Below, piece after piece: positions 50,900-63,005 of a stretch of 64,000 nucleotides of DNA. Where the stretch lies: positions 185,382,001-185,446,000 of the forward strand of contig NC_086097.1 in NCBI RefSeq assembly GCF_963921235.1, written 5' to 3'. Each line of letters begins with the position of its first letter. Positions within the stretch are counted from its first letter, which is position 1. A program made the position numbers and the translations under genes. The DNA comes from Mobula hypostoma (lineage: Eukaryota). A model generated the notes under the pieces. That model was not told the origin of the DNA. It did no database searches and saw nothing but the letters and a program-made list of their open reading frames with translations.

Positions 50900-51720
50900 A
50901 TTACTACTATATTTGATTACAGCTCAGCATTCAAAACATCATCCCCTCAGTACTAATCAAAAAACCTGGGTCTCTGTATGTTTCTGTGCATTTGGATATT
51001 GTCTGTCTTATCGACAGAACTCAGTCAGAAGCTGGTGATAACATCTCCTCCGCTTCAGTTTCACTGCTTGACTCTCTAGCCACACAGTCATGGGTTAACC
51101 ACAGCTCAGACGCTATCTATAAATTGATGACACCACTATCATTGGCAGAATCTCAGAGGGTGAGGAAGAGGTGTACAGGAGGGTAAAACGTAGGCTGGTC
51201 AAGTAGTGCCACAGCAACAACTTGCACTCCATGTCAGCAAGACCAAGGAGCTGTGCACTTACAGAAGGGGAAGTTGAAAGATCACACTCCAATCCTCATT
51301 GAGGAGTTGGTGGAGGAAAGGGTGAGCAGTTTCAGGTTCCTGGGCATCAACATCTCAAAGGATCTGTTGTGGACCCAGCATATTGATGCAATCATGTCAA
51401 AGGCATGCCAGGGCTAGACTTCATCTGAGAATATTTGGTATGTCACACAAAAAATCGAGCAAGCTTCCAACAAGAGAAAATATGCAGATGCTGGCAATGT
51501 GTTGCTAGAGCAGATTTCTACAGATTTGTGTTGAGCATTCTAACTGGTTGCATCATTATCTGGTATGGATGGACAGGATCATGAGAGGCTTGTAGGCTCA
51601 GCCAGTTCCATCAGGGACAAAGGCCCCACCACCACTGAGGATATCTTCAAAAGGTCATCGACAGCATCCATCCTTACTACCATCAGGGAGGAGTAACAGG
51701 AAACTGAAATGCCATTACAG
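50900..51720 (+). mobile_element. Old Rex1/Babar RT fragment
   Basis: ATTGATTACAGCTCAGCATTC-like (IDYSSAF) piece, and FRFLGINISKDLLWTQHIDAI. Heavily decayed. Confidence 0.65.
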
Positions 51721-51817
51721 CAGCAGGCTAGTGTCTGCATTAGTATTTGCCTAAATTCTGAGCCAATATCATAGGTTTCCCAAAACTGACCCAAATTAAT
51801 AGCAAGAATCTCTACTG

Positions 51818-52030
51818 GAGCAGCACGGTACTGCAGCGGTTAGCATAATGCAGCCTGGGTTCCCTTCCCACTGCTGTCTGTAAAGAGCTTGTACATTCTC
51901 CCTGAGACCACTTGGGTTTCTGCCAGGTGCTCTGGTTTCCTTCCACATCCCAAAGACCACTGGGTTAATAGATTAATTGGTCACATGTGGACTCATCGGG
52001 CTGTAAAGGTTGGCTTCGATGCTATATCTT
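51818..52030 (+). mobile_element. tRNA-derived V-domain SINE
   Basis: Head GCAGCACGGTA..GCAGCGGTTAGC and V-domain TGGGTTTCTGCCAGGTGCTCTGGTTTCCTTCCACATCCCAAAGAC. Confidence 0.75.
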
Positions 52031-52134
52031 GATGCAGAGAAGTTGAAGATTGAAAAGACCAATACTCAAGAATCAAAGCTAAAATATGCACATGCGGGAA
52101 GATGACAATTTGGGTTCACTTTATCTATTGGAAC

Positions 52135-53516
52135 CATTTTTTATTTATTGACATATAACATGGTGTAGGTGTAGGCCCTTCTGGTCCTTCAAGCCATGCT
52201 GCACAGTAACCCACCAATTAAATCCTAGCCTAATGATGAGACAATTTACAATGACCAATTAACTCGGGTCCCCAATCTTTTTTGCACTGCGGACCGGTGT
52301 AATATTGACAATATTCTTGCGGGTGGGCTGACCCCGGGGGGGGGGGGGGGGGCGGCGGCGTATGGTTGCCAACGGACAAGAGTAGCAGTCAAATATGTTG
52401 TGTTTACCCCAAGAAAGACTATAATGACCATGAAGCCTTGCGTGGGCACCAGTGCGCATGCATGTACGTGCACTCAATTTCGTTTCTAAAAGGGTTTATT
52501 TCACGAATTTAATATTAAACACACAGCACATATTTTCCTGGCATGAATATAGTGATAAGTCAATTATCAGGGGAGGATAGGGGAGCTTGAAGTAAGTGTT
52601 GAACGAACTTCCAGTAGAAGTGGCAGAAGCAGGTTCGATATCATTTAATGAAAAATTGGATAGGTATATGAACAGGAAAGGAATGGAGGGTTATGGGCTG
52701 AGTGCAAATCGGTGGGATTAGGTGAGTAGCGTTCGGCACAGACTAGAAGGGCAGAGATGGCCTGTTTCCATGCTGTAATTGTTATATAGTTATTTAAGTC
52801 AATAGCATAACATTTTAAGTAACATTTGGATATTAAACACAGCATATATTTTCCCCATATGAACATATAAAATCATTGCTACACACTAATATCGCTGAAT
52901 CAGTGGGAGCCCTGGGCTTGTTTCCGTGCAAAAACATCGAGGGGTGATGGGAGACAGTGAGACAGCGATGGGAGTCCAGTCTATTCCACAATTTAGTTTT
53001 TGTTGCATTCACTGCAGAAAACGCCACTTTGCAGAAAAATGTTGGAAATAGAAGCAACTTTTTCAGTGCTCTCGTGGCTATTTCAGGATATTTAGTCTTG
53101 ACTTTGATCCAGAATGCCAGCAGAGATGTTATGTCAAACATACTTTTCAGCCCGTCATCATTTGCAAACTCGGAGTTGATCTTCTTCCCACGCTGACATG
53201 GATGACGTGCGGGTAATGACTTCGCGTGCGTAATGGCTCAACAGAGGGTGTGACAGTGAACGAGGAAAAGTGCAGCTGACTCCTATCGCCAAATCATATT
53301 TCCTCGCGGCCCGGTACCAGTCTGCAGCCCGGTGGTTGGGGACCGCTGAACTAACTGACTAACTGGTACACCTTTGGACTGAGAGGAAACCCATGCTGCC
53401 GCGAGGAGAATATACAAACTCATATTTAAAAAAAAAAAAAAAAAACTTCAGGAATTGAACCCGGGTCACCAGTGCTGCAAAGCATCGTGTTAACCACTAC
53501 GCTACCCTGTTGCCCC
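52135..53516 (-). mobile_element. V-domain SINE split by the hAT element (parts ~52135-52264 and 53349-53516)
   Basis: Minus-strand head GGGGCAACAGGGTAGCGTAGTGGTTAAC..GACCCGGGTTCAATTCC (A and B boxes). The 3' part and A-rich tail lie left of 52264. Confidence 0.78.
52265..53348 (-). mobile_element. hAT (Charlie/Buster-like) non-autonomous transposon with dimerisation-domain remnant
   Basis: TIRs CGGGTCCCCAATC / GGTTGGGGACCGCTG and 8-bp TSD AATTAACT/AACTAACT. ORF 52833-53141 reads LLAFWIKVKTKYPEIATRALKKLLLFPT..CKVAFSAVNATKTKLWNRLD. Contains a CR1 3' end at ~52595-52793. Confidence 0.88.
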
Positions 53517-54351
53517 AAATTGCAGGATTTTTGTCAGCATTGAAGAAGGTCTAAGTTTCAGGAAATGGTGCCAGCAAATGGTGAAGCTCCGAGAGGAATC
53601 TTCTCTGAAGAGCAAGCATAGAAATGATACCTACATAATTAGATTGGATGAAAGAGCCCATGATCTTTGTTATCATGAAGTGATGGAAAGAATCAGAAAT
53701 AAATTATGGGCTGAAGGGCCTGTAATGCTCAAAATGAATACTGGCATAAAGCTAAGAAATGCCAGTCCATCAAAATAAAATGTACACAAGGTGTAATGAA
53801 ACCAAACCCAGAACAAGTCATGGGTATTGCTGAAGCACCAAGGGAGAAGAAAGAACTAAATGCGTTTCTAACATAAATCTAATATGCTATTCCTTTCATT
53901 CTTGTATCAGAATACACAAGATCTGACTGAAGTTTTGAAAGGAGCTCCTGAACACCAGTGATAACGATCCCATGAAGCACGTTTGAGCAAATTCATTGAA
54001 ATATTGTGCATAGAAATGAGTGTGGCCTACCACCAAAGGAGAAACATGACTCTTACAGATATATGCTCCTATTAAAATTCTGAGAGCAGTTCCAGTCCAA
54101 GATGGCAAGCCAACGCCATTTGCGTTGACAGTACTCGCATCAACAGAAACACAATATACTGGCATAAGAGAAAGTACAGTATAAATATAATGTTTATAAA
54201 AATAAGCTAAATTCTAAATGAATGGTATGGAATTTCTCACAATCTCCATGGTAAGAGATCAGTAGGTCAGAAAGTGATAACCAAACCATAGAGTGAATAT
54301 ACAAGGAATAACTTTGTTCTCTACTAACCAGAGCAGTGTTACTATGATATT

Positions 54352-57090
54352 TTACATGGAACATAGAACATTGTAGATACAGCACAGGAATAGGACATTT
54401 GGCCCAGAATGTTGTGCCAAAGCAGCAAAAAGTAAATTTTAAAAAACATACCAAGCACTAATCCATCCAACCTACACTGTGTCCATATCCCTTCATTCTC
54501 CTTGCATCCATGTGCCTTTCTAAATGTCTCAAGTCTTATCTATTTACCTCTACCACCATTCCAGGCATCCGCAACATTCACCTCCCCCTTAAACCTACCC
54601 CCACTCACCTTCAAAGCATGCCCTCTTGTATTAAACAGTTCAACCCTGGAGAATAGATGTGCTCTGTCCACTCTAGTTAAAAACCTCTATTGGATCTCCC
54701 CTCAGCCTCCAGGTCTCCAGAGAAGACAACACTAGTTTACCCAGCCTCTCATGATAAAACTCCCTCCAAATCAGGCAGCATCCTGGTAAACCTCTTCTGC
54801 ACTCTCGCCAAAAGTCTCAACATCCTCTAGTGGGATGACCAGAACTGTGTGCGATACTCCAGATGTGGTCTAACCAGAATTTTATTGAAGTTGCAACATA
54901 ACTTTCTGATTTTTGAACTCAGTGCCTCAACTAATAAAAGCAAGCATTCCATAAGCCACCTTAACCATCTTATCGACCTGTGTAGCTACTTTCAAGGAGC
55001 TATGAACTTGGATCCCAAGATCTCTCTGCTCAGCAACCTGCTAAGGATCTTGCCCATAACAGTTTACTGTCTCCTTCCATTTGCCCTACTGAGGTGCAAC
55101 ACCTCACATTTATTTGGGTTAAACTCTATCTGCCATTTCTCAGCCCATATCTGCAAATAGCCTATATTGCATTGTATCCTTTGTCAGTCTTCTGCACTAT
55201 CCACAAATTGGTATCTGCAAATTTACTAACCCACCCATCTATATTTCTATAGTTTTATCCAGGTCATTTATATACATTACAAATGTCAGAAGTCCCAACA
55301 CAGATCCCTGTGGAACTCCACTAATTACAGACCTCCACTCGAATACAGGTTTCCCCTGCCATCCGAAGGTAGAGCGTTCCTATGAAATGGTTCGTAAGCC
55401 AGAATGTCGTAAAGTGAAGAAGCAATTACCATTAATTTATATGGGAAAAATTTGTGAGCATTCGCAGACCCAAAAATAACCTACCAAATCATGCCAAGTA
55501 GCGCACAAAACCTAAAATAACAGTAACATATAGTAAAAGCAGGAATGATGTGATGAATACACAGCCTATATAAAGTAGAAATAGTTTTCCACAATCATTG
55601 CGCACTGTTCTCCATAGCAAAAATCTCATGCAAGTGCTCTTGGCAGAAACACAGCGCAAGTGCTCTCCAGTAACCTTTAAGCTATGAAGCTGCCAAATCA
55701 TATCAAATAACACATAAAAATACACAGCCAATATAAAGTAGAAATAATGTATGTACAGTGTAGTATCACTTACAGGAATTGTGAAGACATCGAGCATACT
55801 GATGGTGTGTTGGGCTGAATCATCGCAGGTTGGGGTGGTGCAGTGGCCCCCAACCTCCAGGCTGCCGACCGATACTGATATCCGCAAAGCATTCAGTGGT
55901 ACAGCGGTGGCCGGGACGCACCAACACATCTTTAAGAAAAAGCCAAAATAAACAAGCTAATTAATTAGGTGCCACCCGGCACATGCATGTCGGCCCAGAT
56001 CAGAGGTGACGCAATCATCTCTGATCTGGGCTGACATTTACGTGCTGGGCAACTCCTAATTAATTAACTTGTTCAGCTTTTTTCTTAAAGATGTGTTGGG
56101 TGCCTCCTGGCTACCGCTGCATCCTCCGTGAATTGGTATCTGTCTGGGGATTGGGACCACTGGGGTGGTGGGACACTAGGGTGTCATCTTATCGTCGATC
56201 AGGGCAGGCAGGTCATCTTCTTCTATGTCTGCCTGCCTCGATGTCGAGGTTCGTCGTCTGCTGTGGCTGATTTGGAAGGCTTGCTTTACTGCTTAGCCTT
56301 GTGCATTTTTCTATCATACAGTTCTTTGTAAGCACTCAAACCATCCTGCAAATATGTCCTAAACCAACGTACCCTTTCAAAATTAAAGTCGTACTTTATC
56401 ATTGCAGTGAAAATCTCACGCAGTTGCTTCACGTTCAGTTCCTGGACAACTTCACTTTCGCTACTGCATTCTGTTTCAATTGTTATCCTTTCCTCTTCCA
56501 ATTGCATCAGCTCTTCATCTATCAGTTCTTGGTCATGGGATGCCAAAACCTCTTCAACATCATCTTCGTCAACTTCCACAAGCCAAACTCACTTTGGCCT
56601 TGTTTCATTCACCATGATCGAAATGCTTAATTATGTCTAGTTTTACGCTAAGTGTAATACCCTTACAAGCTCTTTTAGGCTTTTCCAATACCTTAGAACT
56701 CATCTTGCTAACGGCTGCTCACAGGCACATGTTTAAGCAATGCTGACGAGAATGCCGCTCCTGGGGAGAGCGGCTGCTCAGGGCGCACGCGGATTTTTTT
56801 TTGCGTGCTGCTTTTCCCTGTGCGCTGCTTTTTTTCGTAACAGTGAAAACGCCTTCTGTTAGTGAGAACAAGTAACTAATGTAGGTCTTTCATAACAGTG
56901 AGGTTTCATAAAGCAAATGTTCAAAAACTGGGGGGCACCTGTAAGTCCCTTCAACCACTATCCTATCTTCTATGTGCCAGCAGTTCCAAATCAAAATAGC
57001 CAATTTGCCAGGGACCCATACATCTTAAACTTCTGGATTAGACTCCCACGAGGGACTTCATCAAATGCCTTTCTACAATCCATGTAGACA
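54352..57090 (-). mobile_element. CR1 LINE 3' part, interrupted by Tigger copy 2
   Basis: CR1 3' tail (ACATAGAACA..TACAGCACAGG on +). RT-region sequence continues on both sides of 55346-56941. Confidence 0.8.
55346..56941 (-). mobile_element. Tigger/pogo-family non-autonomous DNA transposon (copy 2)
   Basis: TA TSDs and CAGGTTTCCCC...GGGGGCACCTG termini. ORF 56286-56579 reads EVDEDDVEEVLASHDQELIDEELMQLEEER. N-terminus MSSKVLEKPKRACKGITLSVKLDIIKHFD. Same internal deletion as copy 1. Confidence 0.88.
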
Positions 57091-57514
57091 ACATAATTTA
57101 ATCTACAGTACTAATTAGCAAAATAAGTTTTAGTAGGTGCAGTACTCCAATAGTAACCACAAGAGACACCTCAGTTAGTTTGGATGCGTAGGACTGAAAG
57201 GCTTGCCTAGGTGCTCTATTACTTTAAAGTAATTTGGGGGTGGTCTGAAAAGATTAGACAACCACTGACTTGCAAGCTGTCAATGGTCAGCCAGAAATGC
57301 AAGTGCAGTAGAAACTGTTATAGTATAGACTACATCCAGAACAATCATAACCCAAAAGATGCAAGAAGGATGACTTCAGAAGGTACACAAAATCCAAAGG
57401 AGCATACAGAATTGCAAGGTGAGAGTTGTATTACCTCTATTTTGGATTGACATCACAAAGATATAGAATGCTATGATGACATGTGATTTGCAGAACAAGA
57501 CAATGGGCAAATAG

Positions 57515-57727
57515 CTCTTCTCGGGCTTCCAGTTGGGTACAGGTATTGATGTTAACCAACATTTGAATGACAAACTCTGCCATCTTCAGGGATGATGCCT
57601 CATCAGGGATCATCTATGAACATGGCAGAATTTGCTATCAAAATGTCAGGTAAAATCAATGTGTCCGGCTGGAAGCCTAAGAGTTTATTCATCGTATATG
57701 CCAGAAAAGTACTAGATACTTTTTTTT
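57515..57727. mobile_element. Second-family inverted pLTR-like insertion with degenerate hammerhead cores
   Basis: Inverted arms 57515-57596 and ~57609-57683, plus a ~40-nt extension on the right arm. The left arm on minus reads CCTGAAGA-TGGCAGAGTTTGTCAT-TCAAATGTTGG. Confidence 0.55.
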
Positions 57728-58653
57728 ATATAGACAATGTTCCCTAACAAAATAAATCATTTGCAAGATCAAGAAGAAACAGAAGCATCAATGGCAGCAC
57801 CATCGCCAGTGTTAATAGCGGCAACAGCTGAGAATGCAACTGGGAAAACTAGAAGCATGATGCCACAAGAGGGAAGAAGTGACTATAGTCAAGTCAATAG
57901 AATGTTTCATCATCTGTACAATATCTGAAATAGAAGCAGAGTTTAAACTTGGCAGTCACAGTAAAATCTTTAAAAGAGCAAGCATCTAGTTACAAATGAG
58001 ATGTTGTATTGTGTGTATGTTGTTATAAGAGTTAGCCTCGGACTCTATTGTTTAAAATGTATGCTATTTTTTTAACTTTTCCTATATCATTTATTGGTGT
58101 ACTTGTACTAGCTGAAAGTATATTTAACGCAGTACAAGTCCTGAAGCCAAAACAATAACAGCATTGTAGAAGTCTAATGGCAAACAGTGATGTGGATTGT
58201 GAAGTGCCTATCTGGCCTTGCCTTCCTGGCACAAACCCCCAGGACTTTTGTCAGTAGCTTTGTCGGAGACTACACCCACAATAAAACTAAATAAGATTCT
58301 CTGAAAACCGAGGACCTAATGCTGCTAAGATCTGGATATATGTCTACCCTTTTTGCCTTTGTTTTTGTAATTCAGCCAGTGTACAATGTGTTTTCTGTGA
58401 ATTTCACTTACTCCCAGAAAGTTTAGTTTTGACAATTAGCTCAGATTTGGGTAACTATGTGGAAGGCTTTGCCAATATTTATGCCAAATGGACATATTAT
58501 TAGAGCTACACACTTATTGGCAAAAAGAAGTACATGTACATGTAATAAGATGTGGACATGAGGAATTCTGCAGATGCTGGAATTTCAAGCAGCACACATT
58601 AAAAAGTTACTGGTGAACCCAGCAGGCCAGGCAGCATCTCTAGGAAGAGGTAC

Positions 58654-58689
58654 AGTCGACGTTTCAGGCAGAGACCCTTCGTCAGGACT
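58654..58689 (-). ncRNA. Minimal type I hammerhead ribozyme motif
   Basis: Minus strand reads AGTC-CTGACGA-AGGGTCTCTGCCT-GAAAC-GTC-GACT. Core, stem I and GUC site are intact. Confidence 0.82.
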
Positions 58690-59129
58690 AACGGAAAGAA
58701 GAGATGGTAAGAGATTTGAAAGTGGGAGGGGGAGATCCGAAATGATAGAAGACAGGAGGGGGAGGGATGGAGCTAAGAGTTGGAAAGTTGATTGGCAAAA
58801 GGGATACGAGAGGATCATGGGATGGGAGGCCTACGGAGAAAGAAAGGGGGAAGGGTGAAGCCCAGAGGATGAACGAGGAGTACAGTGAGAGGGACAGAGG
58901 GAGAAAATGGAGAGAAAAAATAATAAATATCACTATTCTCCTTGCCCATCCTCTGGGCTTCCCCCGCCTCCCCCTTTCTTTCTCCCTAGGACTCCTGTCC
59001 CATGATCCTCTCATATCCCTTTTGCCAATCAACTTTCTAGCTCTTAGCTCCATCCCTCCCCCTCCTGTCTTCTCCTATCATTTTGGATCCCCCCTTCCTG
59101 CTTTCAAATCTTACTATCTTTTTTCAATT

Positions 59130-59165
59130 AGTCCTGACGAAGGGTCTCGGCCTGAAACATCAACT
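59130..59165 (+). ncRNA. Hammerhead ribozyme motif, CpG-decayed
   Basis: AGTC-CTGACGA-AGGGTCTCGGCCT-GAAAC-ATC-AACT. Core intact, but stems I and III are damaged by two G>A changes. Confidence 0.65.
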
Positions 59166-60691
59166 GTACCTCTTCCGATAGATGCTGCCTGGCCTGCTGC
59201 ATTCACCAGCAATTATTATGTGTGTTGTAATAAGATGTGGTATTACTTGCTAGAATAGGTAAATGTCTATAAAGATGCACACAAATTGTTCCTTTTCCAA
59301 ATACAGTTCTCTTACTAGTAGCTCAAAAGGAAGGCTTGCCACAAATTAGTATAGATGCATTTTGATTTTTAATTTATGAACTGTAACCCTGATTAGTTTG
59401 AGTATCACATGGAAAGAACAGATAAATAGTAACGTGAGCTTCTACACAGCATATTATATGTAAGTTGCTTTGTTAATTTGACAGTGGGTGCAATTCCAGT
59501 TGAATTGCAAAACAGAATGTGGCTAAAGGGGTGGAATGCCACTGCAATTGCTGGGAGATTTCAGTCCCATTGTATAAAAGTTGAATCAAATAGGGCGGTG
59601 TGAATGCTATGCTATGGAGCTACTCATGAGTTTTCTTGAGATGAAAGGTAAATTTTTACCAAATCCACATGGAAAACAAAACCTTCAATTAAATGCATGC
59701 CACTTCCTACTTTGGCATCTAGTTAAACATCGCTATTTCCAGAGTTGTGGTATGTATATATTGGTTTGTGCACATAGGTTAGCTGCTAAGTATAACTGTT
59801 AGTTTGATGGAGTCACCACTTCAGAAACATTTGTTACGGTAAAATATTGCAACACTGAAATTTTTCAGCTTGGCCGAAGGTCAGATTCCACGATTCATAG
59901 GCATGTTTCCTTGATGCTCTAGGTGAATGATGTATAATATACTGTGATTCTTTTTGTACTTATACTATATTACAAAAATAAGTAAAGTTCCAATATTTGA
60001 TTCATTTCCAAGCAGATCACTTTAGCTACAAAGTGTATGTCGTAGTCTTTAGGGTTATGTCTGACCAGACCACCCAGCCTCTCATACAGTCCCCTTATTT
60101 CAAAGGTACATTTAATCATTGAAATGTATACAATATACATCCTGAAATTCTTTTTCTTTGCATTCTATTGAAAAGCTTAAAGGAAAAACCGCAAATGTCA
60201 TATAGTGGAAATAAAACAGCTAGATATTGAATGCAAGAAATACTCTGCAGATCAGCAATTTTAGTGCAAGTATACAAGTTATTAAGAAAAATATGCAAGT
60301 AGATATAACTATCAGAAAGACGGAGTCTTTCATTTTGATATCTGGAGTTCTATGTTACAAAAATGAAGCTTAGAAATGGGGAGCAGAAGTAGATCAAAGT
60401 TCTCTGAGTTTGCATGGCCACACATTTTAATTGGGGCAGCAATTCCACTTTGCTGTCTCCTCACCATAAAAATCAGTAATTCTATAGTCCACAAACTTGG
60501 ATATGGTCAATGACTGTCTCCAATCATCACTGGGGGGGATTGAATCCTAAAGATTCCCAAACCTATGACAGAGGAAAAAAATCTTTCTTATTTTTGTTTG
60601 TGTGGCCCATTATTTTGAAACTATATCCTCATTTCTAAAATCCTCTCAGGGAAACCACTGCTTGGAATCTACCTTCATAATCTGGATCAAA

Positions 60692-63005
60692 ACCATAAGA
60701 TATAGGAGTAGAATTAGACCATATGGCCCATTGAGCCTGCTCCACTATTTCTTCCTCTCAGATCCAATTTTCCTCTCAGCCCCTATCTCCTGCCTTCTCC
60801 CCGTAACCTTTCATGCCCCAACTAATCAAGAATCTATTGGCCTCTGCTTTGAATATACATAAGGACTTGGCCTCCAGCTGCCTGTGCAACGAAATTCCAC
60901 TGAATTCACCACTCCGGCTAAAGAAATTCCTCCTCATCTCTATTCATAAAGGGCATCCCTCTATTCTGAGGCTCTGACCTCTGGTCTTGCACTCTCCCAT
61001 CGTAGGAAACATCCTCTCCACATCCACTCTATCAAGGCCTTTAACCATTCAATAAGTTTCAATGAGGTCACCCCTCATTTTTAAGATAAGGGTCCCAAAA
61101 CTGTTCACAATATTCCAAGTGTGTCCTTGAGTGCTTTATAAAATTACAACATGATATCTTGCTTTTATATTCTAGACCTCTTGAAATGAATACGAACATT
61201 GCATTTGTCTTCCTCACCATCAACTCGTCCTGCAAGTTGACCTTTAGGGTGTTCTGCACAAGGACTCCCAAATACCCCTGCGCCCCTCTTTTTTTTGTAT
61301 TTTCTCTCCATTTAGAAAATAGTCAACCCATTCATTCTTTCTACCAAAATACTTCCTGACATTGGTCAAAAAAAATGGCAGATGGAATACATTCTCCTAA
61401 TCTAAGTTCTACTGTAGCCACTCCACTTCCTCAAAATGATCTGCCCCTTCACCTGTCTTCATTGTCTTCAAACTTTGCAATGAAGTAATCAATTCCATCA
61501 TCCATGTCATTGACAGAAAATATAAAAAGAATCGGTCCTTGTAGAACACTACCAGTCACTGGCAGCCAGCCCAAAAAGTCTCCGTGCTTCATCCATGCCA
61601 GAATCTTTCCTGTAATACCTCTGCTCATGGCTTGTTAAGCAGCCTCATCTGTGGCACCTTGTCAAAGGCCTTCTGAAAATCCAAATGCACAACATCAACT
61701 GATTCTCCTTTGCCTATCCTGCTTGATACTACTACAAAGAATCCCAACACATTTGTCGGGCAAGATTTTCCCTTGAGGAAACCATGCTGACTGGCCTATT
61801 TTATCTTGTGCCTCCAAGTACCCTGAAACCTCATCCTTAATAACCGACTCCAACATCTTCCCAACCACTGAGGTCAGACTAACTGGCCCATAGTTTTCTT
61901 TCTTCTGCCTCCCTCTCTTGAAGAGGGAGTGATATTTGCAATTTTCCAGTCTTCCAGAACCATTCCAGAATCCATTGATTCTTGAAAGATCATTACTAAT
62001 TTCTCCACAATTTCTTCAGCCATTTCTTTTAAAACCGAGGTGTACACCATCTAGTCCAGGTGACTTATCTACCTTCAGACCTTTCAGTTTCCCAAGAACA
62101 TTCTCTAGTTATGGTAACTTCACACACTTCATAATCTCTGGCACCTGGAATTTCCAGCATAATATTAGTGTCTTCCACAGTGAAGACTGATGCAAAATAT
62201 TTATTCAATTAGTTAGCTATTTCCTTGTCCTCCATTACACCTTCCTGCATCCTTTACCAGTGGTCCAATATACACTTGCCTCTCTTTTACACTTCATGTA
62301 TCTGAAGAAACTTTTGGTATCATCTTTAATATTACTGGCTACCTTACTTATGTATTCCATCTTTACCTTAATGTTTTTTTTAGTTGCCTTCTGTTATTTT
62401 TAGAAGCTTCCCAATCCTCTAACTTCCCACTAATCTTTGCTCTATTATATGCTCTCTGGCCCTTATGTTCACTTTGATTTCTCTTGTTAGCCACGATGTA
62501 TCATCTTGTCTTTGGAACACTTCTTCCTCTTTCAGATGTATATATCATGTGCCTTCTGAATTACTTTTGGAAATTCCAGCCATTGCTGCTCTTCTGACAT
62601 CCCTGCCAGTGTTCTTTTCTAATCAATTCTAGCCAACTCCTTTCTCATGCCTCTAATTCCCACTGTAATACTGATACATCTGACTTTGGCCTCTCCTTCT
62701 CAAATTTCAGGGTGAATTTGATCATATTATGATCACTTTTTCCCCTATGGGTTCTTTTACCTTAAGCTCTCTAATCAACTCTGTTTCATTGTGCAACACC
62801 CAATTCAGAATAGTTGATTCACTATTGGGCTCAACCATGAGCTGCTCTCAAAAGCTGTCTCATAAGCACTCTAGAAATTCCCCCACCTGGAATCCAGCAC
62901 CAGCCTGATTTTCCCTACCTGCCTGTGTATTGAAGTCCCCTGTGACTATTGTAACATTGTTCTTTTGGCTACATTTTCTATCTCCTGCTGTAATTTGTAG
63001 ACCAA
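60692..63005 (-). mobile_element. CR1 LINE ORF2 and 3' end, decayed
   Basis: GVLVQNTLKVNLQ..FISRGLEYKS..THLEYCEQFWDPYLK. CR1 tail ACCATAAGATATAGGAGTAGAATTAG at ~60692. EN-region sequence extends to ~63000. Confidence 0.85.

Larger units (their letters stand above)
58556..59225. mobile_element. Inverted pair of Penelope pLTRs (3' ends facing outward)
   Basis: Left arm 58556-~58930 (minus) and right arm ~58931-59225 (plus) are both homologous to 34290-34654. Perfect 15-bp TSD TGTAATAAGATGTGG (58541-58555, 59226-59240). Confidence 0.92.

Noticed and set aside
53896..54165. 89-aa minus ORF in apparently unique DNA
   Set aside because: No recognisable domain or convincing splice structure.
58574..59258. 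Overlapping ORFs of 94-163 aa on both strands
   Set aside because: By-products of the low-complexity purine/pyrimidine-rich inverted pLTR arms.
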